Counted from the stretch's first letter, positions 1 through 9,502 are shown. The stretch: DNA of 64,000 nucleotides from an uncultured Oscillospiraceae bacterium (GCA_964439435.1 CAYTOF010000001.1:5585-69584), one strand, 5' to 3'. A program made the numbers and translations. The notes: generated from the sequence alone by a model not told the origin.

Positions 1-225
1 ACAAATATTGCAAAGTTCTTTGTCTGTCAAATTTTGGCAGGATTTGCAGCGATATACCGTGTTCTTTGCGGCCATGATGGCAGAGGCAAATCCCGTTGCT
101 GTCTCTTTGTCCATTCCCATGACATAAAATGCAAGTCTTTGGGCTGATTTTCTGCCTATTCCGGGAAGCCTTTGAAAATATTCAATCAGCTCCTCAACAG
201 GAGCCGCAAAATATGAAGCATCCAT
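1..225 (-). CDS. recR: Recombination protein RecR, N-terminal ~75 codons only (gene runs off the left window edge)
   Basis: Own minus-strand translation from ATG 225-223: MDASYFAAPVEELIEYFQRLPGIGRKSAQRLAFYVM...YRCKSCQNLTDKELCNIC. This shows the HhH motif (LPGIG.KSAQR) and the start of the Cys4 finger. It lies directly downstream of dnaX and is not in the ORF track because it is truncated. Confidence 0.85.
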   Translation of the reverse strand, partial: MDASYFAAPVEELIEYFQRLPGIGRKSAQRLAFYVMGMDKETATGFASAIMAAKNTVYRCKSCQNLTDKELCNIC

Positions 226-251
226 ATGATCTCCTTATAATAATTACACAC

Positions 252-1862
252 TCACCGCAGTTTTGCAATGTCGGGGTTTCCGCGAGCGAAATCGACAAGG
301 GATGAAAGCGGATCCTGTCTGTGGGTTGTTTTGCTTTCACGGCATTCTGCCTTTGCGCAACACTCTCTGCCAAGCAGCTCAGAAGCCGCACTTCCCACAG
401 CCTCAAGTATGTTTTTGTCATTTATCTGTTCAAATGTAAAAGTATCCGACGACCGCACACAAACCTCATCCCCGCAGATATAAAAATCACACAGCTTTAG
501 ATGCATAAGCTTGCTCATATTCAGTTGATCTCGCAAAACCGAAATGAGAGCCGACGGGTCTTTGAACGGTTTTTCTGCCTCTTGAGGTTCCTTCTTTTTA
601 TTGCTTGTAGTTTTCTTTTGTTCTTCTTTTGTTGTGGCCCGCAAAGGCGAGCTTTTCGTCTTGGGAGAATTCTCCTCTTCATGCAGCTGAGCTGATTTGC
701 CCGCATTGTCAAAGGACATGGAATTTATTTTTTCCTCCAGGGCATTCATCCGCACAGCAAGCGCTCCATAGCTCTCCCGGGAGCACATGGACAGCAGGCA
801 CACCTCAACACTGATTCTCTTGTTTGGGCTCCTTTGCAGAGTACCGAGGCACTCGGTAAGAGCGTCTATATGGGATAAAATCTCGCCTTTTGTAAATTGG
901 GATGCGGCGCGTTCCGCCTCCTCCTTGCTGTAGCCTGCTCCGCATGGTCCGATGTCCCTGCCCTGAGGCAGCACAAGCATGTCCCTGAACAGACAGAGCA
1001 GTTGATCGCAAAAAGCAGCCGGTTCTATGCCGGAGGCGTACATTTCACCAAACAGCTCCACCGCAGTCACATCGTCGCCGTCGGATATGGCGCGTACCAT
1101 CTGAAATAGAATTTCGGATGCGCAAAGACCCAGCGCCGCAGCCACAGCGGTGGCGTCGAGCACTTTTGCTTTCTCCATGCCCTCGCGGACAGACACCTGC
1201 TCAAGCATGGAAAGCCCGTTTCTCATGGCGCCGTCAGAGGCTGCCGCTATAAACAGCCCCCCTTCTTTGGTCAGTGGGATTTTTTCATACTCCGCCACTT
1301 TTAAGAGATTTTTGGCTATATCCTCTCCGGATATGCGTCTAAACTCAAACCTTTGACAGCGAGAGAGGATTGTGGCCGGGATTTTATGAATTTCGGTGGA
1401 GGCAAGTATAAACATCACATGAGCCGGAGGTTCTTCAAGTATTTTGAGAAAGGCGTTGAAGGCATTCATCGAAAGCATGTGGACTTCGTCTATGATATAA
1501 ACTTTTTTGCGCATTTGAGAAGGGGAGTAGTAAGCCTCCTCACGCAATGCACGTATGTCATCGACACTTGTATATGTGGCGGCATCCATTTCGATAACTT
1601 CTGCGGCACTTCCGTCGTTGACGCCGACGCAGGGGGTGCAGGCATTGCACGGATCGCCGTCTTGCAGATCCAGGCAGTTGGCTGCCTTAGCAAGGATTCT
1701 TGCACAGGTCGTTTTGCCCGTTCCTTTTGGGCCGCAAAAAAGATATGCATGTGAAAGCCTGCCGGCTTTGGATTGTGCTTTCAAGGTCTGTGTTATATGC
1801 GGTTGACCCAATACATCCTCAAAGCACAGAGGTCTCCATTTTCTGTAAAGTGCGCGGTGCAT
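252..1862 (-). CDS. dnaX: DNA polymerase III subunit gamma/tau
   Basis: ORF track 252..1871. Walker A is GPKGTGKTT and the clamp-loader SRC motif is ILSRCQRFEF. Start moved to ATG 1862 because AAGGAG (1876-1871) sits 8 nt upstream, whereas the track GTG at 1871 overlaps that SD. Confidence 0.95.
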   Translation of the reverse strand: MHRALYRKWRPLCFEDVLGQPHITQTLKAQSKAGRLSHAYLFCGPKGTGKTTCARILAKAANCLDLQDGDPCNACTPCVGVNDGSAAEVIEMDAATYTSVDDIRALREEAYYSPSQMRKKVYIIDEVHMLSMNAFNAFLKILEEPPAHVMFILASTEIHKIPATILSRCQRFEFRRISGEDIAKNLLKVAEYEKIPLTKEGGLFIAAASDGAMRNGLSMLEQVSVREGMEKAKVLDATAVAAALGLCASEILFQMVRAISDGDDVTAVELFGEMYASGIEPAAFCDQLLCLFRDMLVLPQGRDIGPCGAGYSKEEAERAASQFTKGEILSHIDALTECLGTLQRSPNKRISVEVCLLSMCSRESYGALAVRMNALEEKINSMSFDNAGKSAQLHEEENSPKTKSSPLRATTKEEQKKTTSNKKKEPQEAEKPFKDPSALISVLRDQLNMSKLMHLKLCDFYICGDEVCVRSSDTFTFEQINDKNILEAVGSAASELLGRECCAKAECRESKTTHRQDPLSSLVDFARGNPDIAKLR

Positions 1863-1907
1863 TGCTTTCACTCCTTATAAAAGTGCTCCGGAAAGATTGG
1901 TATGAAA

Positions 1908-2065
1908 ATGAGCCGAGCGACATAGTGCAGCCCTTTTGAATCCTAACTCTCCGCGGCACACGGTGGATCCCGCTTGATGCTGCTCGGTTCCCCGCCTGAC
2001 ATGGTTGGGCGGGCCGCCATTGCGCGGTGCAGGATGCATAAGGGCTGCACAATGTCGCCCATGCA
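1908..2065 (-). ncRNA. ffs: Signal recognition particle RNA (ends approximate)
   Basis: The minus strand carries GUCAGGCGGGGAACCGAGCAGC (rc of 1979-2000) and GUGUGCCG, matching the conserved SRP helix-8 core. A long closing helix pairs GGGCGACAUUGUGCAGCCCUU with AAGGGCUGCACUAUGUCGCUC (2040-2058 with 1917-1935). The position upstream of dnaX is as in Bacillus. Confidence 0.85.
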
Positions 2066-2071
2066 AGCGTT

Positions 2072-2100
2072 ATTATAACACACAAAATCAACATTTGCAA
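2072..2100 (-). promoter_or_regulatory. SigA-type promoter of the SRP RNA
   Basis: Minus strand reads TTGCAA (2100-2095), a 17-nt spacer, then TATAAT (2077-2072). The RNA helix begins about 7-10 nt downstream. Confidence 0.7.
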
Positions 2101-2120
2101 TCATCAATGGAGGTATCTTT

Positions 2121-2735
2121 ATGAAAGTATCCGACGAAAAAATCAGATCTGTCATCGACAATCTGAACGCGCGACAATTTGTCGCAAAGTATTTCGAAAC
2201 AAAAGAAGAGGCAGCCCTGGACATCTTGGAGGTGATTTCCAAAGAGGAGACCGTCGGCATAGGCGGCTCTGTCACCATCAATGAGCTTGGTGTATATGAT
2301 AAACTCATTGAGCGGGGCAATACGGTGTTCTGGCACTGGAAAGAAAAGTCAGGAAAGGATGTTCGCCCCGACGCTCTTATGTCCGATATCTATCTGTGCA
2401 GCGCCAACGCCTTGATGGATTCAGGGGAACCTGTGAGCATTGACGGTGGCGGAAACCGTGTTGCCGCCATGTTTTATGGGCCGAAGCGCTGTATCATAGT
2501 GTGTGGTATCAACAAGATTGTGCACGGCTATGATGCGGCAATTGAACGCATTAAAACCGTCGCTTGTCCGCAAAACGCAAGGCGACTCAACATGAAAACC
2601 CCGTGCGCCAAAACCGACCGCTGTCATGAATGCGCGGCTGATTTGCGCATGTGCAGAGTCACGGTGCGCTATTCCTATCCGATGGTGGGAAGGGAAACCC
2701 GTGTTTATCTGGTGGGCGAGTCTCTTGGCTTTTAA
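2121..2735 (+). CDS. LUD-domain (lactate-utilisation YkgG-like) protein
   Basis: 204-aa ORF with SD GGAGG 8 nt upstream. The overall pattern (GIGGS...V.WHW...C-terminal Cys cluster CPQN..C..C.EC) resembles stand-alone LUD/DUF162 proteins. Family call is from memory only. Confidence 0.55.
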   Translation: MKVSDEKIRSVIDNLNARQFVAKYFETKEEAALDILEVISKEETVGIGGSVTINELGVYDKLIERGNTVFWHWKEKSGKDVRPDALMSDIYLCSANALMDSGEPVSIDGGGNRVAAMFYGPKRCIIVCGINKIVHGYDAAIERIKTVACPQNARRLNMKTPCAKTDRCHECAADLRMCRVTVRYSYPMVGRETRVYLVGESLGF

Positions 2736-2740
2736 TTAAA

Positions 2741-2792
2741 GGCATAAAAAATCAAAGGGTAAACCCTTTGATTTTTTATGCCTTATTTTTTT
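2741..2792. terminator. Bidirectional rho-independent terminator between convergent genes
   Basis: Perfect 19-bp stem GGCATAAAAAATCAAAGGG / CCCTTTGATTTTTTATGCC (2741-2759 / 2764-2782), followed by a T-run on the plus strand and an A-run (a T-run on the minus strand) on the other side. Confidence 0.85.
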
Positions 2793-2794
2793 CT

Positions 2795-3847
2795 TTAGAA
2801 GGGGCCGCTGACGGATTTTCCTGTCTTTTCGGAGAGGAAAGCAGCGTCAATGACTTTCATCACACGAAGGGATTCTTCGGGCTTGACAATCAGCTCGGCG
2901 CCATTGTCAATGACGTCCATGATGTTTTTGTAGTAATCAGACCAGTCTGTTTTGACTTCGGGCAGCGGGTCTTCCTGGATTGTGTCTTTGTGGCGGGGGG
3001 CCATGGTCCTTGTGGGACCGGCTTCGGTGTAGACAATGTTCTCAGTCCACTCGATCTCGCCCTCTTTGGCACGGACAATTTTACCGTTGCAAGCCCAGTC
3101 ATTTACGACAAGGGTAGCCCCGTCGCCTTGAACTTGCCAGCGAGGCAGGTTGACAAAGCAATAGGTGTCCACTTGGATGTGCGCGGAGATACCGTTTTCA
3201 AATTCGAGGTACAGCTTGAAGTTGTCGTCGCATTCGTCGTTGAAGATATACTTCATCTCGACGAAAAGCTCTTTTACCGGAGACTTGACAAGCCACATAA
3301 CCTGGTCTATAAGGTGAATGCCCCAGTCATAGAGCATGCCTCCGCCATTGATTTTCGCACCGCGCCAACCGTGAAGCACGCCGCCGGAACCCTGAACACG
3401 ATTTTCGATGTAGAAGGGCTTGCCCACCAAACCTGTGTTGACCGCCTCACGAACGATGCGATAATCCTTGTCCCAACGCCTGTTTTGATGAACTGAGAAA
3501 ACTTTGCCCGTCTCCTTGGATACGGCGATGATCTCCTCAAGTTCTGCTGCGTCCATTGTGACAGGTTTTTCACACACAACATGTTTCCCCGCACGCAGAG
3601 CGGCGATTGTCAGATTTTTGTGAAAATTGTTCGGTGTGGCCACCGTAATGATGTCAATTTCTTTGTCTGAAAGTATTGCCTCGAGGGTTTCATATGCCTT
3701 AAGGCCGGCTTTTTCCGCTGCTTCGAGCCTCTCTGCGCGGATGTCATGAGCCGCAACCACTTCGAGTCCGTCTACCTTTTCGGAGACGCTGCGGTGGTGC
3801 CACTCGCCCATTCCGCCATAACCGATAATACCCAACTTATGTCCCAT
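2795..3847 (-). CDS. Gfo/Idh/MocA family NAD(P)-dependent oxidoreductase
   Basis: N-terminal Rossmann motif KLGIIGYGGMG and the EKP motif (VVCEKPV). Start moved from 3871 to ATG 3847 because AAGGAGA lies 7 nt upstream. Confidence 0.85.
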   Translation of the reverse strand: MGHKLGIIGYGGMGEWHHRSVSEKVDGLEVVAAHDIRAERLEAAEKAGLKAYETLEAILSDKEIDIITVATPNNFHKNLTIAALRAGKHVVCEKPVTMDAAELEEIIAVSKETGKVFSVHQNRRWDKDYRIVREAVNTGLVGKPFYIENRVQGSGGVLHGWRGAKINGGGMLYDWGIHLIDQVMWLVKSPVKELFVEMKYIFNDECDDNFKLYLEFENGISAHIQVDTYCFVNLPRWQVQGDGATLVVNDWACNGKIVRAKEGEIEWTENIVYTEAGPTRTMAPRHKDTIQEDPLPEVKTDWSDYYKNIMDVIDNGAELIVKPEESLRVMKVIDAAFLSEKTGKSVSGPF

Positions 3848-3888
3848 GATAACTCTCCTTCTTTTTTTCATAGGCCTTTGCCGAAGTC

Positions 3889-3917
3889 ATTATATACTGT
3901 TATCGTTTTTATTTCAA
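3889..3917 (-). promoter_or_regulatory. SigA-type promoter for the Gfo oxidoreductase gene
   Basis: Minus strand reads TTGAAA (3917-3912), a 17-nt spacer, then TATAAT (3894-3889). Confidence 0.6.
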
Positions 3918-4033
3918 CACCATTTTTATTTTTTCTTTTATATTCTCTCTTTTTGACCTTTTTCTACCATATACCATAGAGCCCTTTGTTGATTGAGATC
4001 AATACGGCTTTTTTATGGGAAGTGCATTTTTAA

Positions 4034-4070
4034 GAACAAAAGAGCCGGATATGCCCCGGCTCTTTTGTTC
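4034..4070 (-). terminator. Hairpin terminator downstream of jag
   Basis: 15-bp stem GAACAAAAGAGCCGG / CCGGCTCTTTTGTTC with a 7-nt loop, 10 nt after the jag stop codon. U-rich on both strands. Confidence 0.7.
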
Positions 4071-4079
4071 TTTGTTATT

Positions 4080-4832
4080 TTATTTTTCTTCTGTGTTCTT
4101 TTCAGAACTTGGTCTTCTTCTTCTTCCGCCTCTTCCTCCTTGGCCGGAGCGGTTGGACGATGTCCTATTTGGCCTTGCTTGTTTTCCGTCAGCGGATTTA
4201 TAGGCGATGACAATTCGTCTGTTCGGGTCTTGACCTGTGGAGTATGTTGTTATACCTGAATACTCCTGAAGGCTGGCGTGAATTATCCTGCGCTCATGGG
4301 GCGCCATAGGTTCGAGTGTCATATTGCGTTTGTTTTTTATCACTTTATCTGCAATTTTCTTTGCTAGACGCTCAAGGGCTTGTTTGCGTTTTTCACGATA
4401 ATTCTCATAATCAACAACAACTCTTACATACTTATCCGTTTCTCTGTTTACGGCAAGACCTGTAATATACTGCAGGGCGTCAAGGGTTTCACCCCGTTTG
4501 CCGATAAGCAGGCCCATATCTTCGCCTTCGAGTTTCACCTCGACGCTGTCTTCTGTGGGTTGTTTCGCCTCTGCGCGGGCATTTATTTCCATGATTTCAA
4601 AAATACCGTTTAAAAAATCCTCCGCCTTGCGGTAAACCAACTCTTCATAATAAACGCGTACTTTAGCCCACACACCGCCAAGTCCTAAAAATCCCGATTT
4701 TCCTCTTTCCAATAACTCGTAGGTAACATCTTCGCGCTCGCAATTGATCATTCCCAAGGCGTTTTGTATTGCGACTTCCAGCGCTTCGTTTATATTGCGC
4801 GCGACTCCTTCGGCGTCAATATATTTTTTCAT
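4080..4832 (-). CDS. khpB: Jag/KhpB RNA-binding protein (Jag-N, KH, R3H) with an RGG-rich tail
   Basis: 250-aa ORF overlapping the yidC stop by 4 nt. R3H motif PHERRIIHASL. Classic yidC-jag synteny. Confidence 0.9.
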   Translation of the reverse strand: MKKYIDAEGVARNINEALEVAIQNALGMINCEREDVTYELLERGKSGFLGLGGVWAKVRVYYEELVYRKAEDFLNGIFEIMEINARAEAKQPTEDSVEVKLEGEDMGLLIGKRGETLDALQYITGLAVNRETDKYVRVVVDYENYREKRKQALERLAKKIADKVIKNKRNMTLEPMAPHERRIIHASLQEYSGITTYSTGQDPNRRIVIAYKSADGKQARPNRTSSNRSGQGGRGGRRRRPSSEKNTEEK

Positions 4833-5884
4833 TGCGACTCTCCTTTGTTGTCCGGGGTTTCGCCACCCGTTTCCTCGTTTTTAACCGTTCCTGTGGTTTC
4901 AATAGCCGGCTTTTTCTCTTTTACATGCTCGGGCAAGCCTTTCCCGTATTTTTTGCGTGCGACTTTCATCAACAACGGTTCCTGTATCGCCGAGGCTATG
5001 TTGTTCACTATCCAATAAAGCGTCACGCCTGCCGGAAGGGCAAATCCAATAAACAGAGACATAAGAGGCATGAAATAGATCATGGTTTTTGCCGACTTTG
5101 CCGCATTTGCCGTTGCCTCTGTCTGTACAGCCCCGGCCGGGTTGTTGTATTTTTGTGTCAACCAACTCATGCCAAAGGCACTCAAAGCCGAGAGTATGGG
5201 CAAGATTACCAACAGGTTGATGGGTCTGTATGAAGGCATTTCCCCAAGGTCCAAGCCAAGAAACGGAAATCGGATCTCGAACATATTACTCGTGTCATAG
5301 GGGATTCTGTTTTCTCCCGTAGCTTCATTTTTATATTTTGTGAGGGAGTCAAGATTGCCACCCAGTGCCTGTGCCAGATTCAGCTCATTTACCTTTTTTG
5401 TTTCCACTTGCTTTCCAAGTGTTTCTATCCAGATTTCGCTCTTTTCGGTCTCGTGCAAATACATGCCCGCCTTATCCATATCGACAATATCCTGGGCAAC
5501 CTGGTTAACTTGGTTTGCATTCATAGTCATAAGATAGCTAACGGGGCGATAGACAACCCCATATAAGCCGAGCACAACCACAAGAACCAGAATTGTGGGC
5601 AGGCAACCGCCGAGCATGGAGACACCCTCGTCTTTATACAGTTTTTGAACAGCTTCAGTGTATTTTTGCTTGTCGCCCTTGTGTTTTTTCTCCAGTTCCG
5701 CCATCTTTGGCGCTATTCGCTGTTGGTCGAGCATGCCTTTTTTGCTTTTCAGCTGAAGCGGAAACACCAATGCCTTTGTGATAAAAGCAAAAATTATAAT
5801 TGCAACACCGAAGTTGTTTGTTATCAGTGTCATTATGCTGCGCATTATAAGCGCAAATAAATCAGTTACGAGAGGGATGTTCAT
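4829..5884 (-). CDS. yidC: Membrane protein insertase YidC/SpoIIIJ family
   Basis: 351-aa multi-pass membrane ORF located between yidD and jag in the rpmH-rnpA-yidD-yidC-jag block. Confidence 0.9.
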   Translation of the reverse strand: MNIPLVTDLFALIMRSIMTLITNNFGVAIIIFAFITKALVFPLQLKSKKGMLDQQRIAPKMAELEKKHKGDKQKYTEAVQKLYKDEGVSMLGGCLPTILVLVVVLGLYGVVYRPVSYLMTMNANQVNQVAQDIVDMDKAGMYLHETEKSEIWIETLGKQVETKKVNELNLAQALGGNLDSLTKYKNEATGENRIPYDTSNMFEIRFPFLGLDLGEMPSYRPINLLVILPILSALSAFGMSWLTQKYNNPAGAVQTEATANAAKSAKTMIYFMPLMSLFIGFALPAGVTLYWIVNNIASAIQEPLLMKVARKKYGKGLPEHVKEKKPAIETTGTVKNEETGGETPDNKGESQ

Positions 5885-5949
5885 TCCTGTCGTTCTCCTT
5901 CATTTAAGAGCGTTGATTTCGGTTGGTTTCACAAATGGTTGCCGCATTC

Positions 5950-6159
5950 TCACGGAACCGGATCATATCCCCCTCGACAAAATGGATTACATCTGAAAAT
6001 ACGCCGCAGTGCAAGCCAACCACCCTTGATTGCGCCGTGTTTTTCTATTGCCTGAGATGCGTAGACCGAACAGGAGGGGATAAACCTGCAGCAGGGTCTT
6101 TTGCCCGGCGATATCTTTTCCTGATAAAACTTAATCAGACCCAGCAAAATTTTTTTCAT
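5950..6159 (-). CDS. yidD: Membrane protein insertion efficiency factor YidD
   Basis: 69 aa with the signature CRF.PSCS.YA...HG..KG..L...R..RC.P. Confidence 0.9.
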   Translation of the reverse strand: MKKILLGLIKFYQEKISPGKRPCCRFIPSCSVYASQAIEKHGAIKGGWLALRRIFRCNPFCRGGYDPVP

Positions 6160-6203
6160 TCTTCAGCCGCACCTTTTTGCGCATTTACGCTGCGCCAATC
6201 GCA

Positions 6204-6560
6204 TCAGCTCCGGTCATTGTCACTGTTTTTTAGCCTTGCGGTTTTGAACAGCTCGCTCAGTTCTTGTTGCATTTCATCATATGTGCATCTCGCAGCACCA
6301 ACCCGCGCCACAATCACCAAATCAAAACCCGGAGCCATGCGGGACTCCTCTAAACGATAAATCTCCCTTATCCTGCGGCGAATTTTATTGCGTTTAACCG
6401 CTCCGCCGAGCTTGGTCCCGACGGTAATTCCAAGCCTCGACACAGCGGCGTTGCCACTGTGTCTGTAATAAAGGGCAAAATTTTTGGAGACTTTTCGTCT
6501 TCCGCGGTTGTACAGCCGTTTAAAGTCCCTGTTTTGTTTTAATGATTCTGTAAAGCGCAT
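6204..6560 (-). CDS. rnpA: Ribonuclease P protein component
   Basis: Basic ~118-aa ORF directly downstream of rpmH. Start moved from 6575 to ATG 6560, with GGGAGGAG immediately upstream. Confidence 0.9.
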   Translation of the reverse strand: MRFTESLKQNRDFKRLYNRGRRKVSKNFALYYRHSGNAAVSRLGITVGTKLGGAVKRNKIRRRIREIYRLEESRMAPGFDLVIVARVGAARCTYDEMQQELSELFKTARLKNSDNDRS

Positions 6561-6615
6561 GGCTCCTCCCAACACAGGCCTTGCAAGCCGCGCCTCCGCG
6601 ATGTGAGAACACGGC

Positions 6616-6750
6616 TTAATGGGTCAGTCTTACTCTGCCCTTTAGGCGCCTGCGTGCCAGGATTCTCCTGCCGTTGGACGTGCGCATACGTTTGCGGAAA
6701 CCCGCTTCTTTGCTTCTTTGCCTTTTCTTAGGCTGATAAGTCCTTAACAA
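6616..6750 (-). CDS. rpmH: 50S ribosomal protein L34 (TTG start)
   Basis: Own translation: (M)[43 protein letters not shown], 44 aa. GGAGGTG lies 5 nt upstream of TTG 6750-6748. It is below the ORF-track length cutoff. Confidence 0.9.
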   Translation of the reverse strand: MLRTYQPKKRQRSKEAGFRKRMRTSNGRRILARRRLKGRVRLTH

Positions 6751-6816
6751 ATCGTCACCTCCATTGCATATGCTCTTTGGCGTGCGTTATTTATAGCGCG
6801 CTCGGCATAGATATTT

Positions 6817-6846
6817 ATTATATATCATTACTTTACGCTCTGTCAA
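6817..6846 (-). promoter_or_regulatory. SigA-type promoter of the rpmH-rnpA operon
   Basis: Minus strand reads TTGACA (6846-6841), an 18-nt spacer, then TATAAT (6822-6817). Confidence 0.65.
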
Positions 6847-6905
6847 GATTTAAATATTTTCGTGTTTGAATGACTTTTTGATTTCTATTTTTTTCTGTGT
6901 AATTC

Positions 6906-7817
6906 TTAGGGCTGTGGTATCAAAAACTGTAGTTTTTGAGAAGACATTTTTATATCCACTGTATCCGTCTTCATTATCTCACCGTCTATATTGACAGGCA
7001 AGGTATTTTTCGACTTCAGGAACAATGTGCTGCCTTCAAGTTTCGTAAAATACTTCATAAGATCCCTGTATCTGCCTTTTTTGTAAGCTCCCACGGCTCT
7101 GGCCACGACAAATCTTGAAAGTTTTCTAATCAGTAAAAAATCTAAAACACCGTCGCTGGGGTCTGCTTCCGGCACCGGATTAAAACTACCGCCGTAGTAG
7201 CTCCCATTTGCTGCCACAACTATGACATAGGTTCCGTCAAGGTTTTCGCCGTTTATTATCAAATCATACTTCTGATTGATCTTTTTAAACAGATTTATCA
7301 TCATTGAAACCATATAGGCCCCGCTGCCCGAAACCCAAGGGATTTTTCGCACACTTGTCACATCGGCAGCTATGCGTGCATCAAGGCCCACGGAGCAAAT
7401 ATTTAGAGCATATCTCCCCGAACACTCTATCAGATTGATCTCGCGGGCATCTCCTGCCAAAAGTGATAAAATGTCTTTATAATAAGAGCTTTCCACGCCT
7501 AAGGATTTAATGAAGTCATTGCCCGATCCGCAAGGATAGTGCGTCACATAGACTTTTTCAAATCCCGCGGCACCATTTACCACTTCATTCAGTGTGCCGT
7601 CTCCGCCGCAAGCGATGAAAAGGATTTCTTTCCTTTGATTTTCCTTTGCATATGTGCGCACATACCTTTCGCCGTCTCTGGGTGCTGTTGTTTGATAGAT
7701 ATGATACAGCAGATCTGTCCCATTGAGAGCTTCTTTTATTCTGGCTTCAACAAGCAAGCTTTCGCCCTTGCCTGCCACAGGATTTATGATAAAGACATTC
7801 TCTCGTTGATTGCTCAT
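6906..7817 (-). CDS. Diacylglycerol/lipid kinase family protein (YegS/DagK-like)
   Basis: Motifs FIINPVAGKG and ACGGDGTLNEVVNG. The start is uncertain: the track starts at 7910, and I prefer Met32 (7817) because the conserved domain begins right after it. Confidence 0.8.
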   Translation of the reverse strand: MSNQRENVFIINPVAGKGESLLVEARIKEALNGTDLLYHIYQTTAPRDGERYVRTYAKENQRKEILFIACGGDGTLNEVVNGAAGFEKVYVTHYPCGSGNDFIKSLGVESSYYKDILSLLAGDAREINLIECSGRYALNICSVGLDARIAADVTSVRKIPWVSGSGAYMVSMMINLFKKINQKYDLIINGENLDGTYVIVVAANGSYYGGSFNPVPEADPSDGVLDFLLIRKLSRFVVARAVGAYKKGRYRDLMKYFTKLEGSTLFLKSKNTLPVNIDGEIMKTDTVDIKMSSQKLQFLIPQP

Positions 7818-8041
7818 TTTGACCACTACCCAATTTATTATTTTATCCATAAAAGTATAGCACATGGTTCGCATGTTTTCAATAACAGCTTTAAAGTATA
7901 AATTTTTCACATTTTTCCAAGGCTCGCCCTCCTGTGAAAAACCACATTGAAATCCTCTGTAAAAGGTGGATTTTATTTGCTTTTTGCATCAAAATCTGTT
8001 ATTATATATAAGGTATATTTTTATAGAAAGGTGGAGGTTTT

Positions 8042-9370
8042 TTGCGCTCAGCCGATGATGTTCTAAAGGGCCTGCTAAAATTGCTCGAGCGGGACCTTCA
8101 GAAAATTACAATCGATATTTGGTTTCAAGATGCAAAAGCAGTCGCGCTTCGGCAGGACTGCTTTATAATACGCACAAGCACACCTTACAAAAAAGACACT
8201 ATTCTATCCCGATATGGTGCGCTGGTCAAAAAAACACTGGCGGAGATGTTTTCCGCCGATATGGAATTTTATGTTTTGGACGCAGACGAAGAGGCTCCTC
8301 AATCAGAGAGCCCTACAACAGCGGTACATACCGCCGACCTAGAAGAACGATACACATTTGACAACTTCATTGTCGGAGCGTCCAACCGATTTGCCCATGC
8401 CGCTGCCTTAGCAGTGGCAAGCAATCCCGCCCGTTCATACAATCCTCTTGTCATCTACGGCGGATCAGGACTTGGCAAAACCCATCTTATGAAAGCCATC
8501 TCCAACACTTTACGGCGAAATATTCCGACTTTCAGGATAATCTATATGAAAGTTGAAGACTTCATGAATGAATATGTGAACAACCTTAGAAACAAAATGG
8601 AAATGGAGGAGTTTCGCAGCAAATACCGCGTCGCAGATATTTTACTCGTCGATGACATTCAGTTTATTGCCGGAAAGGAGATGTTAAAAGAGGAGTTTTT
8701 CCACACAATAGACACCCTTTTTGACTCTCACAAACAGGTGGTTTTGACCTCTGACCGTCCTCCCCGTGAAATACTGACGTTGGACAAGAGGCTCCTTTCG
8801 CGCTTTGAGATGGGATTGCTTGCAGACATACAACCACCTGACTATGAGACAAGGATAGCCATATTAAAACAAAAATCCGAAAAACTAAGACTTTCCCTGC
8901 CCGACAACCTTTTAAAGGTCATAGCTACAAATGTCACGGCTAATATAAGGCAGCTTGAGGGCATTATAAACCACATAAATGCCGACCATCAGCTTGAGGG
9001 CTGTCCTGTCAATATGGAACTCGTGCGAAGAGCCATCAAAGACATCTTTATCGGCTCCGGCGCAAAGCCCACAGCCCCCCTTATAATCGAAGAGGTCTGC
9101 AGGTATTACAACATCACTCCTGAGCGCATTAAAGACAAATCGCAAAGCAAAGAAGTTGTCTTGCCTCGACATGTAGCCAGTTACATCATACAACAACTGA
9201 CAGACCTTTCCTTGGCAGATATAGGAAAAGAGCTTGGCGGAAGACACCACACAACCATCTTGTCCTCCATCGACCGTGTGAAGAACATGATGAGAGAGGA
9301 TCAAGACTTTAAAAACTCAGTGACAGACCTAATCAACAACTTAAGCGAGATAGACATTTCCACAATATAA
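8042..9370 (+). CDS. dnaA: Chromosomal replication initiator protein DnaA (TTG start)
   Basis: Walker A GGSGLGKTHL, Walker B LLVDDIQF, and a C-terminal HTH region (RHHTTILSS). SD GGTGGAGG lies upstream of TTG 8042. Confidence 0.97.
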   Translation: MRSADDVLKGLLKLLERDLQKITIDIWFQDAKAVALRQDCFIIRTSTPYKKDTILSRYGALVKKTLAEMFSADMEFYVLDADEEAPQSESPTTAVHTADLEERYTFDNFIVGASNRFAHAAALAVASNPARSYNPLVIYGGSGLGKTHLMKAISNTLRRNIPTFRIIYMKVEDFMNEYVNNLRNKMEMEEFRSKYRVADILLVDDIQFIAGKEMLKEEFFHTIDTLFDSHKQVVLTSDRPPREILTLDKRLLSRFEMGLLADIQPPDYETRIAILKQKSEKLRLSLPDNLLKVIATNVTANIRQLEGIINHINADHQLEGCPVNMELVRRAIKDIFIGSGAKPTAPLIIEEVCRYYNITPERIKDKSQSKEVVLPRHVASYIIQQLTDLSLADIGKELGGRHHTTILSSIDRVKNMMREDQDFKNSVTDLINNLSEIDISTI

Positions 9371-9386
9371 TCAACAATCCACATCT

Positions 9387-9410
9387 CGTTTTCCTCATCT
9401 TCAACAGCCC
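9387..9410 (+). repeat. Copy A of the 24-nt direct repeat CGTTTTCCTCATCTTCAACAGCCC
   Basis: Matches 9503-9526 at 23 of 24 positions. Confidence 0.9.
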
Positions 9411-9502
9411 TTTAAACCACCTGTAGATGTTGTGCAAAACTTTGGTCTTTTGTTTTATGTGCTTGTTAGTGCCTAAACCCTATTTTCTATTGTGTATCTC
9501 GG

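Noticed and set aside
590-606. Possible programmed -1 frameshift site in dnaX (minus strand AAT AAA AAG AAG)
   Set aside because: The heptamer is U AAA AAG, not a valid X XXY YYZ slippery site like E. coli A AAA AAG. There is no downstream hairpin, and Firmicutes dnaX is not known to frameshift.
2651-3496. 281-aa plus-strand ORF overlapping the Gfo oxidoreductase gene
   Set aside because: It is antisense to a gene with clear Rossmann and EKP motifs. It would also have to run through the strong bidirectional terminator at 2741-2792.
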